From Octopus sinensis (Eukaryota): a stretch of 13,271 nucleotides of DNA. The position numbers were made by a program, and so were the translations under genes. The notes under the pieces are model-generated. The model searched no databases and had not been told where the DNA came from. It saw nothing but the letters and a program-made list of their open reading frames with translations. Shown piece by piece: positions 8,970-13,271 of the stretch (position 1 is its first letter; every line of letters starts with the position of its first letter). The stretch is from positions 1-13,271 of the forward strand of contig NW_021826348.1 in NCBI RefSeq assembly GCF_006345805.1. Reading direction: 5' to 3'.

Positions 8970-9147
8970 ATTATTTATTTATTTATTTTACTCGTAGCTA
9001 TTTAATTTCCCATCAGCAAGCATTCTCTGATGAAAGACCTCAATCCTATTTGTGAAGTATAATTTATACTATGTTTCGTAGTTTCGCATTGCAAGGCTTC
9101 TCCAAACTTTTAGAAAACCTATGGGCCACACATAAAGTTATTGTCAT

Positions 9148-9156
9148 ACACACACT

Positions 9157-9223
<67 letters not shown>
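9148..9223. repeat. (CA)n-(TA)n microsatellite
   Basis: Direct inspection. Confidence 0.95.
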
Positions 9224-9226
<3 letters not shown>

Positions 9227-9338
9227 TATTAATTTGAAAGAGACAAACTCCAATGTCAATAACACTTCTCGCCAAACCTGACACATAGGGCATATTTAAA
9301 CACAGAGCGCATATATAAGCCATTAGAAATGTGCGAAC

Positions 9339-9718
9339 AGTCTTCGTATTGGCGCGCCAAACTACCGGAAATAATTCTGCAGAAAATAATTCTCTGCAGT
9401 GAATTTTGCCGGTTAAGAGAACATAGTTATTTAAATTTAAGTTTAAAATAATAAGGGTGAAAAATTGAATATTAATTTGATTAATATCAATTTAAAACCA
9501 ATAGTCTGGCATATTGCAAAATCTGAAGATTCATAAAAATTATATTACGTACATATAAGAGGGATGACCACTAAGTGGACATTCATTATGATAGAAATAG
9601 ACCCCCCCCCATGGTCTTACCACTAAGAAAGGATTGTTCTCAAAAAAATTTAGCAAACTGCAAAGAATTATTTTCTGCAGAATTATTTCCGGTATTTTGG
9701 CGCGCCAAAATGAAGACT
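9339..9718. mobile_element. Unclassified MITE with ~60-bp TIRs
   Basis: AGTCTTCGTATTGGCGCGCCAAACTACCGGAAATAATTCTGCAGAAAATAATTCTCTGCAG (9339-9399) mirrors 9658-9718; no TSD evident. Confidence 0.85.
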
Positions 9719-9819
9719 TTTTAAAGATAACTCCAACCGTAATTGGTAGAACTCTATACCTGTTCAATCTCATGCGGACGTCTCGTGTATAGTTCTCCAA
9801 ATTATATTTTGCTATGACG

Positions 9820-9891
9820 ATCACACTGATGAGTTGCGGACAATTACGTAAGTAATTACATAAGTGGTAACAACGAAATCGCATTTGTGAT
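9820..9891 (+). ncRNA. Minimal type I hammerhead ribozyme, catalytic core intact
   Basis: ATCACA (9820-9825) / CTGATGA (9826-9832) / GTTG..CAAC stem II (9833-9836 with 9871-9874), enclosing AATTAC-GTAA-GTAATT / GAAA (9875-9878) / T-CGC-A-T-T (AUU triplet) / TGTGAT (9886-9891). Confidence 0.8.
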
Positions 9892-10518
9892 TAATCATTA
9901 TATTTTGTATCTTTTCATTTGTCTTGCTCTCTTACGCTCTGGCGTTTGCTAAATTTTCTTGAGTAGGGATCTACTTCTAGCATAATGGATGTTCAATTAG
10001 TGATCATCTCTCTTATATGTATATATATATGTGTGTGTGTGTGTGTGTGAAATTCAGAGATTATGTTAACCTCATGAAGAGATGGTGTCATATATATATG
10101 TATTCCAATGTGCGGATATATACTCCTCATACAGGGTTGAAAACGACCTATGGTTAGTATATCCAATATCTACGAGAAAATCTCATCGATATAAATGGAT
10201 ATATTAAAAATACATACACATACATATATTAGTAAAATATATAGACATACAAATTTATAGTGTTTGTATTGTTTTATTTTTATTTATTTTTTATCTATGA
10301 TTATACAATCTGTTTTTAAAATCCCAACCTAATAACATGTAACTATTTGACCGTGTTGAGATTTTACTCATATTATATTCTAAACGCAAATTTTATTTTA
10401 TTTATAAATTTGTAATGTGTGAAGTTGAAGCAAATTGGACGTATTTTTATTTTCATTAACCATCTGTTAATAAATTAATTTTGTATCTATATACTCTCAA
10501 CTTTCTTCTTGTATTCAC

Positions 10519-10695
10519 ATTGTATATATATATACAAATACACACAAACACACATGTATATATATATATATATATATATATCTATATATATATATATATA
10601 TATATACATGTGTGTCTGTGTGTATGTGTATATATATATATATATGCACATACAGACACATATGTGTATACATATATATGTATGTGTGTGTGTGT
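10519..10695. repeat. Compound (TA)/(CA)/(TG) microsatellite
   Basis: Direct inspection; source of several low-complexity ORFs in the track. Confidence 0.95.
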
Positions 10696-10714
10696 ATTAG
10701 TGAACAAGTAAGAT

Positions 10715-10747
10715 AAACTGGCTCTTAACATAATTAAGAGCCAGTTT
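10715..10747. repeat. Perfect 14-bp inverted repeat, 5-nt loop
   Basis: AAACTGGCTCTTAA-CATAA-TTAAGAGCCAGTTT. Confidence 0.9.
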
Positions 10748-11038
10748 CTTTTGAGATATTTATCCTCGAAGATAATTACATAAACATGCACAAAACCACA
10801 TCCACGTAAAGATGTCAAACATACTCACGGACATTAAATCAGACAAAACGACTTTACTCGTTCCTGTGCTTGTATGTGTCTCCGTGTATCAATAAGGGTG
10901 TACATACTTACACACATAGATATATATATCATATTTTCCTTTCGAAATCCACTCCCCATGGCCCCAGTTCACCAACCAACTCTCTGTAACATCTTCCCCA
11001 ACACAGCCGTAAATTTACACATCACCCATGTACTCTAT

Positions 11039-11140
11039 ACACGCGCACGCGCACGTGCACACACACACACAAACACACACATGCACTCACTCACACACAC
11101 ACGCACATACAGAAACACACACGCGTGCGCATACGCAAAC
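11039..11140. repeat. Imperfect (CA)/(CG) microsatellite
   Basis: Direct inspection. Confidence 0.9.
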
Positions 11141-11203
11141 ATGTAGCCTTAAAAATAAAATTCACATTATACACGCAAATATACATATATTCGTACTTAC
11201 ATA

Positions 11204-11622
11204 TCTTTATATATAAAAGTGAAGTTGTGTGTCTGTATCCTACGATTTAGATTCCTAACTACTCCCACATTTTGCGGTGCAGTTTAACCAAAACCGGCTA
11301 TCTTATAGTCGTGATTCATATCGAGCCCTTCTGGGTATTAGCGCGCGTCTACGATGAGTCTACGATTTAAAAAATAATTTACCATCATTTAAAAAATAAT
11401 TTACCATCATTTTTTCCCATTCTAATGCATTTTTTCGCTATTATATAAGGGAAGTAACTCTCTAAAAATGTCTACGATGAGTCAACGATTTAAAAAAAAA
11501 TTTACCATCAGTTTTTTTCCATTTTTAATGCATTTTTTTGCTATTTTTTGGCTATAACTCTCTAAAAATGCTTTATAGTTATTTCCCCTACAAACCCGAG
11601 CAACGCCGGGCGATACTGCTAA
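11204..11622 (+). mobile_element. Non-autonomous Helitron, copy 2 (different 5' end, internal duplication)
   Basis: A|TCTTTATATATAAAAG start; CCCG-AGCAACGC-CGGG hairpin then CTAA|T; last ~130 bp match 2538-2658; duplicated TCTACGATGAGTC..TAACTCTCTAAAAATG block (~11348-11470 and 11471-11570). Confidence 0.85.
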
Positions 11623-12152
11623 TACTACATAATATAACAAGCACACACAAACAAGTACTAGCACGTGCGTACACAGCATGCATATGGCCATGCTCTCACA
11701 TCCATCCGGTAACCCACAAAATTACTAATCTACACATTTCATACACATAGTCATGCCTAAAAAAAAACCGGTAAACGTGCGCTCATGCATATACTAACAC
11801 GTGCACAGACAAACTTTTAATCTTATATTTGCACTTCTATGTCAGAAAACCATATCCAACCACATCCTTCATTTTCATAGCAGTGAATGGCCAGCTTAAA
11901 AAGTAGCGCCATTGGTGCCTTTTCGCCTTGATTAAACTTATTATATTTTAGAGTTTTCCAAGTCTTTCCGCCTCTCTTTCAAATCTGCACTATATTCTAA
12001 AGAGGATCATCCACGAAATACTTTAGTTAACTCTTTACAGTTTAGAAATATTCACAACAAACTATTCCGTCAATATAGGCGCCTAAAACATCTAGCGAAA
12101 GTTTGAAACCCTCTGCCAAATCATACGAATTCTGAATGGCAGCTAAGTATTA

Positions 12153-12581
12153 TCTCTCTCTATATAAACGGCAGTTTGTCTGTCTGTGTGTCTGTGTGTC
12201 TGTCAGGTTGTACCCTCACCCTGACCACGGCTTTCAACCGATTCTGATGAAACTTGACACACACATAGCCCAATGTCATAATTCAAAACTAATGCAGCCA
12301 AAATTTTGAAAAGTTCCCCCAGTTCTGAAAAGAATCGATAAATTCGACATGGGGTCGAGAATCTAAGCTTTTTATATGCAACACATTTTCTGTCTTGGGG
12401 ATACAACTCGACAGCTAGGGACAGCTAGGAACATCGTATACACAGAAGTATTCGAGTGAAGAGAAGACATTGCAACGTACACATGCGCCTTCGTTCCCTA
12501 GAGGGAAAGGACTAGATTGGGATTAGTCGTTGCCTACTAGGGGCTCTTACATACCCGGGCAACGCCGGCTTATGCTGCTAG
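12153..12581 (+). mobile_element. Non-autonomous Helitron, copy 3 (different 3' end)
   Basis: A|TCTCTCTCTATATAAACGGCAG start, near-identical to 2273-2483 up to 12363; 3' CCCGGGCAACGCCGG..CTAG|T. Confidence 0.85.
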
Positions 12582-12667
12582 TTTTTCATAAATTATTATG
12601 AACAGAAAAACAATAATCCATCAAAATCTTTTCTTTTTTTTTTACTAACAACTGCCAAATTTTACAG

Positions 12668-12894
12668 GATAAGAAATGGATGTATAGAATAATGAAATGC
12701 ATCATGGATGTGATGACAAATATCTACAAAAGTAAAAGAGTCAACTGCGAATATGCTGTTGAAATTGTACTCGAGGTAGAATCAGGATGTTATGTGAAAA
12801 ATGGTTTATGCACGGTCGGCTGGCATCGCCGCTATTCTATAAAGAGTTCATTCGAGGAACGCATGAAGCAACCAAACAACTATATTGTTAAGGC
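12668..12894 (+). CDS. STC: Internal coding exon of a stanniocalcin-like gene (equivalent to STC exon 3)
   Basis: TTTTACAG acceptor (12667), donor GC|GTAAGT (12895); 227 nt, phase 0 to 2, no stops; DKKWMYRIMKCIMDVMTNIYKSKRVNCEYAVEIVLEVESGCYVKNGLCTVGWHRR..; C-x15-C-x13-CY-x5-C spacing equals STC1 C98/C114/C128/C135 as recalled. Confidence 0.82.
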
Positions 12895-13124
12895 GTAAGT
12901 ATCCGTTGTTGTGTTTGATGTTGGTGGCGATATTGATAGTCAGGGAGGAACATTCATTATTGGTGGGGGGGGGGGTTACTGGGTTACCACAAACAACAAA
13001 TATACATGTGCGAACACATGTGGACAGCGTTGTTCTGGCGAGCAAAATATGCAATGTCTCTGCCCAGCTGAACAGGATACAGTACTGTACCTCTTTTTGT
13101 GTAATGAAGAACTCCTCACTGCAC

Positions 13125-13130
<6 letters not shown>

Positions 13131-13186
<56 letters not shown>
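13131..13186. repeat. (TG)n microsatellite
   Basis: Direct inspection. Confidence 0.97.
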
Positions 13187-13189
<3 letters not shown>

Positions 13190-13271
13190 GCATTCGCAGC
13201 TGTTACATGTGCCTAATTTAAGCAAGATTTGGCTGCTATTTCCAGAAGAGACTAGTGATCATACAAAGCTT

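Noticed and set aside
9011-9110. CTGATGA on + and GCGAAAC/GAAAC on - as another hammerhead
   Set aside because: The core halves are on opposite strands; the minus-strand version needs several core changes and has no stem I.
9523-9600. CTGAAGA..GAAA inside the MITE
   Set aside because: No convincing stems I or III.
10066-10160. CTCATGAAGAG..GAAAACG hammerhead-like text
   Set aside because: G5 is mutated, and stem II and stem I registers do not fit.
10715-10752. Rho-independent terminator
   Set aside because: Eukaryotic intron with no bacterial gene context.
868-11216. CV/YI/HT-repeat ORFs (868-1050, 944-1156, 7839-8123, 10481-10818, 10874-11216)
   Set aside because: Translations of microsatellites.
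11700-12150. Transposase or exon remnant
   Set aside because: Stops in the frames I examined and no recognisable motif; left unassigned.
12911-13216. Cys-rich ORF as the next STC exon or a secreted peptide
   Set aside because: No good acceptor, no ATG start, runs into (TG)n, and has no STC exon-4 similarity.

Overview
AT-rich, microsatellite-laden eukaryotic nuclear DNA. The SINE families and an invertebrate-code mitochondrial insert suggest a cephalopod, probably an octopus (inference). The only host-gene signal is two + strand exons (3481-3641 and 12668-12894) separated by a ~9 kb GT-AG intron. Spliced, they give a stanniocalcin-like cysteine scaffold whose spacing and intron phases match vertebrate STC1 as I recall it. 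Everything else looks intronic: a ~3.3 kb frameshifted CR1/L2-group LINE (APE + RT), a short LINE 3' fragment with TSDs, tRNA-derived SINEs, mariner-, Tigger-like and unclassified MITEs, three end-swapped non-autonomous Helitrons, and a decayed trnI-nad3-trnS1 NUMT split by a MITE. There are also three long AT-rich foldback palindromes and up to four minimal type I hammerhead ribozyme motifs, one with an intact catalytic core in the sense orientation of the intron. All family assignments come from visual motif recognition and recalled consensus sequences, not database searches.
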